Made by a program: the position numbers and the translations under genes
Assembly: GCA_025558095.1 (NCBI GenBank)
Contig: JAIVFI010000018.1
Location: 372,001-436,000, forward strand
DNA: 64,000 nt
Direction: 5' to 3'
DNA from: Hyaloraphidium curvatum SAG 235-1
Lineage: Eukaryota; Fungi; Monoblepharomycota
Shown here: in pieces, positions 48,070 to 58,101 of the stretch
How positions within the stretch are numbered: the first letter of the stretch is position 1
How the letters are laid out: the number at the start of each line of letters is the position of its first letter
The notes under the pieces: generated by a model
What the model saw: only the letters and a program-made list of their open reading frames with translations
What the model was told of the DNA's origin: nothing
Databases searched by the model: none

Positions 48070-49058
48070 CTGCACCCCATGGAGAAGTAGGATTTGAAGA
48101 AAGAACATCAAGGGAGGATGTTGGAGCTGGAGACGGAGCTGGAGAAGGAGCGGAAGAAGCTGGAGAAGAAGATGCTGAAGATCGCCGAGCGAGAGAACTC
48201 CAAGCTGCTGGAAAAGCTCTTCAGGCAAGGCAATAGCCAAAAGCGTACTACCAGCTGCTGGGAAGACACACGCGAGGTGCAAGGGCAACCCTGTGCCCTT
48301 TGCAGAGCTGGTGCACCACATGGAAATGGTCACCAGTGCCGAGTACGTGACCAAGATCGAGGAAGGTCCCAGCAAGCTCACGTTCCCACCGCTTCCCAAG
48401 GCCACGATCACGCCTCCTGGTAACTTGCTGTGCCCCATCACCCTCAAGGAGCTGGAGGAGGTCTGAAGAAGGCTCATAACGGCAAGGCAGCGGATGAAGA
48501 TAGGATGAGGCTCGAGTTCTTCAAGTAACGGACCGCTGTGCTGAACAAGCTATTGTCGACCTCCTCAACGACGTGCTCAATAGCATCAACATGGAAGGCT
48601 GGGGCCAGACACTGCTGGTGATGCTGCACAAGAAGGAGCTAGCCCAAGAACGTGGCTGGCAACTACCGGGGCATCAGCATACAGATCTAGAGGACACTGG
48701 AGAACAAGGTCTTTTCCCTGGTCTGGAACACTTGGCTAGCTCCGTGGGCCGAACACTTGGCTATCAAACAGGCTAGCTCCCTGGGCCGAGTGCAACAAGC
48801 TCCTGGAAGGCTCACGGTTTGGGTTTGTGCACGGAGGTCGACCCTTCACGCAGTGTCTTGCTGAGGCGCTCTTCTCCCTGGCCAAGGCACGCAAGGAGAA
48901 GCTGATCATGGTGTTTGTAGATTTCACAAAGGCTTATGACATGGTTCAGCACCCGAGGTTGTGGAAGAAGCTGGAGGAGATGGGTGTACCCAGACAGGTT
49001 GTTGACATGTTCGAGATATGGCATTTGGGCGGGTGTGGGGAAGGCTCCGGGATGATGA
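48070..49058 (+). mobile_element. Degenerate non-LTR retrotransposon fragment (linker and N-terminal RT region)
   Basis: Homologous to the reverse complement of about 53465-54330, with frameshifts and stops. Encodes KLIMVFVDFTKAYDMVQHPRLW. Small internal duplications near 48725-48790. Confidence 0.85.
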
Positions 49059-50141
49059 ATAGAATAAATAGTATTGGTGACCCGGACCTGCCCCTGGCTT
49101 GGCCGCTGTTACACCATGAGTTTGCTGCTAATTGCAAAGTTCATCGTCGTCGTGTGTCTTTTTCATTTTCCCAGTTTTCCTGTCCTTCATGGACTTTGAG
49201 AAGAAGCTGGCAATGGAAGTTGAGAGCCTTCTCCTTCTGCCGCCTCGCTTTGATTGTGGGCTCAAACTCCTTGATGCTAAGAGCCCAGAGCCAGGTCTCC
49301 ATGTTCCACTCGCGGCCTAGTGCTTCCAACCTAGTCTGCAGCTTCTGGCGCCGCTCCGCATTTGCTGAACAGTGAAACAGAAAGTGTTGTTCGTCTCCAA
49401 TGTGCTCAGGGTCATGCTTGCACGTTCTCTGCTGCACCTCAAGTCCTTGGTGCCTGCCTGTCTCCACCTCCAGGTCGTGGGTAGAGCACAGCAACTTTTG
49501 GACATCCCTCCGGTGCTTCTCCACCCGGATCAGGGATGGTCCGATGTGGCCAAAGGTCATGTCACACATCCTCCAAAAGTGCAGCTTGTCGTTGTCCTTG
49601 AGCTTCTGGGCATTGATCTCCCTGAACTCGCCCTTCACAAGATTCTCCACAGTCTCCTTGGGCCATGAGAAAGTGTCCTTCTCCCACATCTCCCTCCCAT
49701 CTTCGCCGCCATAGTATACAAGTAGTTCCCTCAGGAAGGCAGCCCAGTTCCAGGACCCCTTCAGTGCCTCGATCTTGAGCTCTTTGTAAAGTAGGTACGG
49801 TGCAGGATCCGCCGTTTTGATGTGCATGAGGAACTTGAGTGCCGACTCGTGGTCATGAACTGCAAGGGGGTACTGGCCAGTGATCGCATACAGACAGGCC
49901 AGGGAGGTAGACTTGGGCACATGAGTGACGGCACGAAGAGCTATGCATGTCACTTTGTCCCTGGTGCTTTCCCCGGCAAGGTACTCCTCCTTCGGCATCT
50001 CAACAATGAACGGGTTCCCATATTGGCCCACTGCCTTGACCTTTGTGTTGTAGAGCTTGAGCTGGAGGTCAGGACTCATCCCAGGCTGCTCCCTGATGTC
50101 ACGGAGCCAGAGCCCATAAGCAGCGTTCATCTAGGCCTCTC

Positions 50142-50277
50142 CGGAATTGAGTTTAGGAACACCCCCGTTTCGGTTTCCGTACACCCCCTGACTTGGTACA
50201 CCCCACAAAGGTTTTCGTTCACCCCTTGGGGTTTGCGAACACCCCATGTTTCAAGTTGGTTTTTGTACACCCCCGTG
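50142..50277 (+). repeat. Left TIR with about 6 subterminal (T/A)CACCCC motifs
   Basis: ACACCCC/TCACCCC motifs repeated roughly every 15-30 bp. Confidence 0.8.
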
Positions 50278-50484
50278 ATCACTGTGCCGGTTCTTCTTCC
50301 TTCTCGGCATTCTCGATTTCATTCAATTCATCCAGCAACTCGCGAAATCTCTCTTCGTTCACGAGGGTGACCGGGATTTTCAACATTTCAAAGGTCTCGT
50401 GCTCGAGCCACTTTTGTCTCTCCGATTTCTCCATTACCCCATCCATTACATCAAAAAACTACCGGTTTCTTGACGCGCATCCTT

Positions 50485-51111
50485 TCAGAGGCCGGCACAC
50501 CTCCCTTTGAACGACCCCTTGGACTTGCATAGTTCCGAGTCTTCTTCCTCCGTGCTCCACGCCGACCAAATCTTGCCGGGGACATCGGCAAGCTTCACCG
50601 CGTCGACGCTCTGGAGCTGGGTGGAATCGACGGCATCGGTCTTGCTGAAATCCGATGCGGAAAAGAACGAATTGACCGAATACGTGTAAGGACGCGTGAC
50701 GGGGTCGGCAAAGTTGGAACACGTCTGGAACTCGACCGAAAGGAGTGCCTTCATCGCGTCGTCCTTGGCGTCGTAGGTGGACAAACACACGGCCCCATCC
50801 GAGTTCTTGGCAACCAGTGCCCAAAAGAGAGACGACACCGGCCCCTCCTCCCTTTCGTTGTCGGTTCCGTCACTGCCCGAGTTCTCGCTGTCGCCATCGG
50901 ACTTGACCGGACTCGGCGGGTCCAGCTCAAAATCGCGAGGCTTCGACACCGGTTTCTTGGTCACGCGAGTCGCGGCGGCGGTGTTCCTGAATCGCGGCGA
51001 AGGAGGTGGCCTGGACAGGGAGATCTTCTTCGGGGGGGCAACCGCCTCCTCGTCGGAGGACTCAACCGCCTCCTCGACGGTGCGCTTGGCGAGCATCTTT
51101 CTTGGGGGCAT
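50485..51111 (-). CDS. Cargo ORF, hypothetical 208 aa (disordered basic/acidic N-terminus)
   Basis: Clean ATG-initiated ORF inside the TIR element. The 3' end may be spliced. Confidence 0.55.
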   Translation of the reverse strand: MPPRKMLAKRTVEEAVESSDEEAVAPPKKISLSRPPPSPRFRNTAAATRVTKKPVSKPRDFELDPPSPVKSDGDSENSGSDGTDNEREEGPVSSLFWALVAKNSDGAVCLSTYDAKDDAMKALLSVEFQTCSNFADPVTRPYTYSVNSFFSASDFSKTDAVDSTQLQSVDAVKLADVPGKIWSAWSTEEEDSELCKSKGSFKGRCAGL

Positions 51112-51189
51112 GCTGGTGTACTACAACAGGGGCAGAGAGATTGCTTCGGCGCATCTGAACGGGTCAGGTCATGAATTCGTCATGATCTA

Positions 51190-51822
51190 TCACATCAGAT
51201 TGCACCCTCCGCTTTCTTCTTCATCATCTTCGCTGTCCGATTCCCAACGATCGATTACCACGCGCTTCTTTGTTCTTTTCTTTGGGCGTTGCTTTGATCT
51301 TGGAGGCGGTGTCGGTGCCGAATCTGCCGTGCTGCTCGGTGGGGGCTCCTCCCAACCCGACACTTCCAATGCCTTTGGTTTCTTGGGGCTGTTTGCCCTC
51401 TTTCGTTCGATGGCGGAATTGATCTGCCTGAGGCAATTCTCGTGCATCGCAATCGGAATCTTGTGATTTTCATCGGCCGTGCCGAGAACCCCGGAAATGA
51501 TCATCGCGGCCTTCCGAAACGCAACCACCCTCTCGAAAATGTGTTGGAGATCAATGAGCCTGTACCTGGGTAAGGTGTCGTAGTCAAAGTCCTTGTTCAC
51601 ATCCACCATTCGCTCACCGGGCGCACCGCAATGCGAGTACACGTACGGGGTGTTGGGTGAACGAACCAACGTGTCTTCATTCAGGTGATACAGCTTGGAC
51701 AGGAACTTTCTCGCCGACACGAGGAGATTCGGGTCGGTTCGGTGCAATCTCGCCCACGAATCGACCTCCGACACGATGGTGGCTGCGGCGGATGATCGGA
51801 CGATGGCCTCGAACTGCTCCAT
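51190..51822 (-). CDS. Cargo ORF, hypothetical 210 aa with NLS-like basic C-terminus
   Basis: Clean ATG-initiated ORF with a globular-looking N-terminal part and a KQRPKKRTKKR tail. Confidence 0.55.
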   Translation of the reverse strand: MEQFEAIVRSSAAATIVSEVDSWARLHRTDPNLLVSARKFLSKLYHLNEDTLVRSPNTPYVYSHCGAPGERMVDVNKDFDYDTLPRYRLIDLQHIFERVVAFRKAAMIISGVLGTADENHKIPIAMHENCLRQINSAIERKRANSPKKPKALEVSGWEEPPPSSTADSAPTPPPRSKQRPKKRTKKRVVIDRWESDSEDDEEESGGCNLM

Positions 51823-51873
51823 GTGGACTGTGCTGTTTCCAAGAATCTTTTTTTCGATTCGTTTTCTTTCATC

Positions 51874-52810
51874 ATGACGACACGCCTCCGTTGCAACTCA
51901 CCCACCAAAACGACGAAACGACCCTGCCGGAACGTGAGAGGAAGATGCAGATACCACGGAAAGGAGTCTTTCAGCCCTCGCATTCCTTTGATGGCGGGAA
52001 TCGGTGCCGGACTGGCCGCAGCCGTTACCTGGCCTCAGGGGTCTTCCACGAGCGTGAACTTGCGGGACCCGGGCACGGTTGCCCCTTTCCAAGGCGGACG
52101 AAGCAGCGGTCCCACCCCATCCACCGCCTTGACTTCCATCCCTCCTGACCTACTCGTGGACCAACGACGGCCGCAATGGACGGAAATGGAGCCCAACAAC
52201 GCCGCAACGGGGGTCATTGGTGCGTTTTCGTCCCTTTTGTCGGCGTGGGCACTGCGGCGATCTCCTACCGCTCAGTACCGAGTGGGAATCGTGTTGGCCC
52301 AAGATCGTCGGCGCACCTTGCTGCGACTTTGGCACCGCGACGGTATCTTTTCCTCCGGGCCCCCTGTCTATATCTCCTGGTGCAGCAACACCTTGGGATG
52401 GCGCGATGCGTTGGTTGGCGAGCCAGGCACGGCGCGTTCCCGACAGTCAATGCGCGTGCGGCGCCTGTCCCCGGACTTGCCGGTTCGTCGCAAAGGCCCC
52501 TACAAGGCCAATTCTCGTGCTTTTCGTCGACGGCGACTCGCCTTCCATGGACGTCCCTCGCAAGTTCGAGGTGGAGGGTGGATTTGCCCAGAAGAGCGTT
52601 TATCATCTGGTGGCGGCTTTCTACGTTGCAAATGGCGCGCATGTGACTCGCGTAGTCGGGCCGGTGGATGGGGACGTGTGGCTCTACGATGCCAACGTGG
52701 CGGGCGGTTTGGTGGACAAGGCCGGACACATGTGGTCCCGATTCGATCAAGAGGAACGGTTGGATTGGGATGGGAGGAAGTTGGATTCTCTCATTTATGT
52801 CATAGAATGA
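51874..52810 (+). CDS. Cargo gene or pseudogene: N-terminal CxxxTK..C.N..C..H Zn-finger-like segment plus USP/papain-like C-terminal segment in a different frame
   Basis: MTTRLRCNSPTKTTKRPCRNVRGRCRYHG from 51874. The 52217-52810 frame has CRRGH..CACGAC..PILVLFV..YHLVAAFY..AH..WLYDA..LIY. Confidence 0.4.
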
Positions 52811-52814
52811 AGCG

Positions 52815-53007
52815 TGGGGTGTACCGACACGAAAGAGCTGACCGGGGTGCTTCAAAACCCAAAGGGGTGTGCGAAAACCTGGGTGGGGTGTGCCAAAACC
52901 CACAATATGGGGTGTACCAAAATTCAAGGGGGGGTGTACCAAACCAAAAGGGTGGCCCGCAGGGGTGCACGGATTCGAACCTACGGGTGTCCCTAAACAC
53001 TATTTGC
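52815..53007 (-). repeat. Right TIR with about 8 subterminal GGGGTG(T/C) motifs
   Basis: Inverted counterparts of the left-end motifs. Confidence 0.8.
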
Positions 53008-54334
53008 TGGCCTCTCTGCCATGCACATGGTCCTTGCTCCGGCCGGTTGAGGTCAGCTGATACCCCAGAAGCTTGAAGCTGTCAACCCTCTTCAGCTCCT
53101 GGTCCCTGTACATGAGCTTTACACGGTGAGGTATCCTCCTGGCCATCCACTCTGTCTTGCTGACGTTGATCTCCAGCCCATTGGCACTGGCATATGCAGA
53201 CAGAAGATCCAGCTGCATCTTGGCATCCTTCACCGTCTTCGAGATCAAAGTGGTGTCGTCTGCAAAGAACAGAGCTAGCAAGCTGACCATCCTCTCCTGA
53301 TCCTCTTCCTCCTCAGACACCATGCCCAGATCCATCCCTTTTGCACCATTGGCCTCCATGAAAGCGGTGATGTCGTTGATGAACAAGATGAAGAACAGCG
53401 ACGAGAGAGGGTCCCCCTGCTTCACTCCTGTCAGGAACTTGATGAAGTCTGACTTGGTCCCCTCTTCATCCCGGAGCCGTCCCCACACGCGCCCGAACGC
53501 CATCTCGAACATGTCAACAACCTGTCTGGGTACACCCATCTCCTCCAGCTTCTTCCACAACCTCGGGTGCTGAACCATGTCAAAAGCCTTTGTGAAATCT
53601 ACAAACACCATGATCAGCTTCTCCTTGCGTGCCTTGGCCAGGGAGAAGAGTGCCTCGGCAAGGAACACTGCATGAAAGGTCGATCTCCGTGCACGGAATC
53701 CAAACTGCGAGCCTTCCAGCAGCTTGTTGCACTCAGCCCAGGGAGCTAGCCGAGCGTTCCAGACCAGGGAAAAGACCTTCTCCAGTGTCCTCTCTATGCT
53801 GATGCCTCGGCAGTTGCCAGCCAGGTTCTTGGGCCCCTTCTTGTGCAGCATCACCAGCAGCGCCCCAGTCTTGCATGTCGACGCCATTGAGCACGTCGTT
53901 GAGCAGATCGACAACAGCTTGCTTCAGCACAGTGGTCCCGTACTTGACGAACTCGAGCCTGATCCCATCCTCATCCGCTGCCCTGCCGTTAGGAGCCTTC
54001 TTCAGGACCTTCTCGAGCTCCTTGAGGGTGACGGGGCGCAGCAGGTTCCCAGGAGGCGTGATCGTGGCCTTGGGGAGCGGTGGGAACGTGAGCCTGGGGT
54101 CTTCCTCGATCTTGGTCACGTATTCGGCGCTGGCCGCCATCTCCATGTGGCGTACCAGCTCCGCAAGGGGCACGGGGTTGCCCTTCCGCCTCGCATAAGT
54201 CTTCCCAAGCAGTTGGTAGTATCCCTTATGCTCTCGCCTGAAGAGTCGTTCCAGCAGCTCAGAGTTCTTGTGCTCTGCGATCTTCCGCATCTTCTTCTCC
54301 AGCTTCTTCTCTCCTTCTCCAGCTCTCGCGCCGT

Positions 54335-54526
54335 CCTCATCATCCCGGAGCCTTCCCCACACCCGCCCAAATGCCATATCTCGAACATGTCAACAACCTG
54401 TCTGGGTACACCCATCTCCTCCAGCTTCTTCCACAACCTCGGGTGCTGCACCATGTCATAAGCCTTTGTGAAATCTACAAACACCATGATCAGCTTCTCC
54501 TTGCGTGCCTTGGCCAAGGAGAAGAG
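54335..54526 (-). mobile_element. Short RT-internal retrotransposon fragment
   Basis: Near-identical inverted copy of about 48870-49058, sharing its frameshifting variant (GAGATATGGCATTTGG). Confidence 0.85.
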
Positions 54527-57500
54527 TAGAATAGAAGAATAGTATTGGTGACCCGGACCTGCCCCTGGCTTGGCCGCTGTTACACCATGAGTTTGCTGCT
54601 AATTGCAAAGTTCATCGTCGTCGTGTGTCTTTTTCATTTTCCCAGTTTTCCTGTCCTTCATGGACTTTGAGAAGAAGCTGGCAATGGAAGTTGAGAGCCT
54701 TCTCCTTCTGCCGCCTCGCTTTGATTGTGGGCTCAAACTCCTTGATGCTAAGAGCCCAGAGCCAGGTCTCCATGTTCCACTCGCGGCCTAGTGCTTCCAA
54801 CCTAGTCTGCAGCTTCTGGCGCCGCTCCGCATTTGCTGAACAGTGAAACAGAAAGTGTTGTTCGTCTCCAATGTGCTCAGGGTCATGCTTGCACGTTCTC
54901 TGCTGCACCTCAAGTCCTTGGTGCCTGCCTGTCTCCACCTCCAGGTCGTGGGTAGAGCACAGCAACTTTTGGACATCCCTCCGGTGCTTCTCCACCCGGA
55001 TCAGGGATGGTCCGATGTGGCCAAAGGTCATGTCACACATCCTCCAAAAGTGCAGCTTGTCGTTGTCCTTGAGCTTCTGGGCATTGATCTCCCTGAACTC
55101 GCCCTTCACAAGATTCTCCACAGTCTCCTTGGGCCATGAGAAAGTGTCCTTCTCCCACATCTCCCTCCCATCTTCGCCGCCATAGTATACAAGTAGTTCC
55201 CTCAGGAAGGCAGCCCAGTTCCAGGACCCCTTCAGTGCCTCGATCTTGAGCTCTTTGTAAAGTAGGTACGGTGCAGGATCCGCCGTTTTGATGTGCATGA
55301 GGAACTTGAGTGCCGACTCGTGGTCATGAACTGCAAGGGGGTACTGGCCAGTGATCGCATACAGACAGGCCAGGGAGGTAGACTTGGGCACATGAGTGAC
55401 GGCACGAAGAGCTATGCATGTCACTTTGTCCCTGGTGCTTTCCCCGGCAAGGTACTCCTCCTTCGGCATCTCAACAATGAACGGGTTCCCATATTGGCCC
55501 ACTGCCTTGACCTTTGTGTTGTAGAGCTTGAGCTGGAGGTCAGGACTCATCCCAGGCTGCTCCCTGATGTCACGGAGCCAGAGCCCATAAGCAGCGTTCA
55601 TCTTGGCCTCTCTGCCATGCACATGGTCCTTGCTCCGGCCGGTTGAGGTCAGCTGATACCCCAGAAGCTTGAAGCTGTCAACCCTCTTCAGCTCCTGGTC
55701 TTCTTCAAGACCCTCTCCAGCTCCTTGAGGGTGATGGGGCGCAGCAGGTCTCCAGAAGGCGTGATCGTGGCCTTGGGAAGTGGTGGAAACGTGAGCCTTG
55801 GATCCTCCTCGATCTTGGTCATGTACTCGGCGCTGGCGACCATCTCCATGTGGCGCACCAGCTCTGCAAAGGGCACGGGGTTGCCCTTGCGCCTTGCGTG
55901 AGCCTTTCCAAGCAGCTGGTAGTACCCCTTAGGCTCTCGCCTGAAGAGTCGCTCTAGCAGCTTGGAGTTCTCTCGCTCAGCAACCCTCCGCATCCTCTTC
56001 TCCAACTTCTTCCGCTCCTTCTCCAGCTCCCGCGTCTTCCCCTGGTACTCCTTGTTCAACTCGTCCTTCTCCATGAGGGATCGTAGCTCGAGAAGGCGTG
56101 ACAGCTTCCGATCAATCTCGGCCCTCTCTGCCGAGTCCGCAAAGCCGTTGAGGAACTTGTCCGCCTCTTCGTGTACGCTGACCTTGTCGTACTTCTTCTT
56201 CGCGACCTTGTTCACCGTTGCCATGATCTGGATGAGCCGGTTGCACTTGTCCGATCCAGCTTGAAGTTGCTCGTACTCTTGCATTGCCTCCTTGACCCAG
56301 GGCTCGTCGTAGAGGTTTCGCATTATTGCGAGGAAGTGGAAGTCGCACGGCACGGGCTTGCAGTGCGCCTTGTTCTCCTTCGCAGCTGGTCGCACGAGGT
56401 TGGCCTTGATGGTCAGGCTCAGGGCCATGTGGTCTGAGGTGATGACCCAGCCTTCCTTCACAAATGCAAGCTGGGTGACCGTCCCGTAGCAGCTCTGCGG
56501 CACGATTGCGTAGTCCAAGGTGCTGTCCCGCTCGCCATCCTTTCCTGCGCGAGTTGTTGCCCCCGGCTCGAGGCGCCCATTCAGGATCACCAGCTCCTCC
56601 TCGTGGCACAGTGCAAGTAGCTGTTTCCCCCTCCGATCCGTGCGCTGCTCCGACCGGATTACACGCTTTCCGAAGCTCGTGCCACGCACGTCGCTGTTTG
56701 CCTCGCTTATCCACATGTGCGTTCAGGTCCCCGATCACGATCGGCATGTCGCACCCAGCCACAATCCCTGAGAACCTCGACCACATCTCGTCCTGCGTGA
56801 CTATGTCCTGCGTTGGCGTCGGCGGTGTGTACGCCCCCAGCACGTTCACTCCGCCGACTTGGATCTGCACGACGTCCAGGATCGGGTCCAAGTCTGTCCG
56901 TACGGTGTGCGGTAGCTCCTTTCGCACAAAGACCGTCAACCCTCCTCCACCATGCTCCGAGCAGCTCTTCTCATAAACCTCGAACGTTTCCAGTACCGCG
57001 GCAACCTCTGCGCAGGTGTCGTTGTTGCTCATATGCTCCTCCCAAGTCCGCTTCTCGCCTTTGCCCGTCCACCTTGCTTCAGCGAAAACGACGATATCGT
57101 ACTCTACAATGTGTAGCAGCAGCTCACGTATAAAGAGGCTCTTCTCGAGCTTCCGCTCGACGTTTTGGTACAGTATCTTGAGGCATGTCCGAGTCTCGTT
57201 TTCCTAGCCGCGCGCAGCACGCTCTCCAGCATTCGTGCGTGCAGTCTGGCGCGTCTCCCAAAGCTCGCGCGACTTTGCTTCGATCTTTTCCATGGTGAGC
57301 GTCGTTTCCAGGCCTGTTTCCGGCTGCGTGTAGACGATCTTCGGGCCGTCGCGGCGGAAGGGAATCCCATCCTTCTCCATCTGCTGGACCAGGTGGTACT
57401 GCGCAGTAGACCGGTTCTTCTGCATCCACGTCTTCTTGCGGCTCGCGTACGCAGCCAGGTGCTTCAGGGCTCCAGCCTAGTTGAGCCGAATGAGCGTCTC

Positions 57501-57575
57501 ACGGTCCTCCTCGGTCGAGAACGTGAGCTGGAGGTCAAAGGTGCGATCTTCCGTGAGGTACCACTTGTCCACCAG
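54527..57575 (-). mobile_element. Non-LTR retrotransposon copy B: ORF1 remnant, APE endonuclease, RT core deleted, intact 3' end
   Basis: APE motifs LKILYQNV, DIVVFAEAR, GGGLTVFVRK, AYTPP, IGDLNAH, LDYAIV, SDH. The junction at 55700/55701 removes about 0.9 kb of RT relative to copy A. 54539-55601 appears identical to 49068-50130. Confidence 0.92.
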
Positions 57576-57577
57576 AA

Positions 57578-57982
57578 ACAGGCAGGCACCAAGGACTTGA
57601 GGTGCAGCAGAGAACGTGCAAGCATGACCCTGAGCACATTGGAGACGAACAACACTTTCTGTTTCACTGTTCAGCAAATGCGGAGCGGCGCCAGAACCTG
57701 CAGACTAGATTGGAAGCACTAGGCCGCGAGTGGAACATGGAGACCTGGCTCTGGGCTCTTAGCATCAAGGAGTTTGAGCCCACGATCAAAGCGAGGCGGC
57801 AGAAGGAGAAGGCCCTCAACTCCATTGCCAGCTTCATCTCAAAGTCCATGAAGGACAGGAAAACTGGGAAAATGAAAAAGACACACGACGACGATGAACT
57901 TTGCAATTAGCAGCAAACTGATGGTGTAACAGCGGCCAAGCCAGGGGCAGGTCCGGGTCACCAATACTGTTCTACTATTCTA
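57578..57982 (+). mobile_element. 3'-terminal ~400-bp fragment of the same retrotransposon, opposite orientation
   Basis: Slightly diverged inverted copy of about 54527-54932, ending in a CTGTTCTACTATTCTA tail. Confidence 0.9.
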
Positions 57983-58101
57983 GCCATGTGGCACGCCGTG
58001 CAAAACAGTAGCCTGTTTAGACTTCCAAGTCACACACAGCATTCAGTGGGTTTGCCTGCACACTGCATTGGCATCTATTGCCGACAAGGTATCAAAAACT
58101 G

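Larger units (their letters stand above)
50142..53007. mobile_element. Non-autonomous TIR DNA transposon-like insertion (Mutator-like, 9-bp TSD) with cargo ORFs
   Basis: Flanked by AGGCCTCTC (50133-50141) and TGGCCTCTC (53008-53016), while uninterrupted copy B has a single TGGCCTCTC. Imperfect TIRs GTTTAGG(A/G)ACACCC..TCCGT(A/G)CACCCC. No transposase motif seen. Confidence 0.8.
49057..54333 (-). mobile_element. Non-LTR retrotransposon copy A (5'-truncated, RT + C-terminal domain), interrupted at 50142-53007 by a DNA element
   Basis: RT motifs RGISI, QFGFR, VDFTKAFD, GVKQGDPLS, FFADD, FKLLG at 53008-53914. C-terminal LEVETGRH..CKHD..DEQHFLFHC. Short TATTC-like 3' tail near 49057-49072. Resembles RTE-X/L2-type elements (inference). 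Confidence 0.92.

Noticed and set aside
50142-50277. Spaced CACCCC repeats as a CRISPR-like array
   Set aside because: The repeats are only 6-9 bp with irregular spacing and are mirrored at the other end of the element. They fit subterminal transposon repeats in a eukaryotic context.
52960-52995. GGTTCGAATCC (minus strand), tRNA T-loop/B-box-like motif
   Set aside because: No cloverleaf or proper T-stem can be built, and it lies within the TIR.
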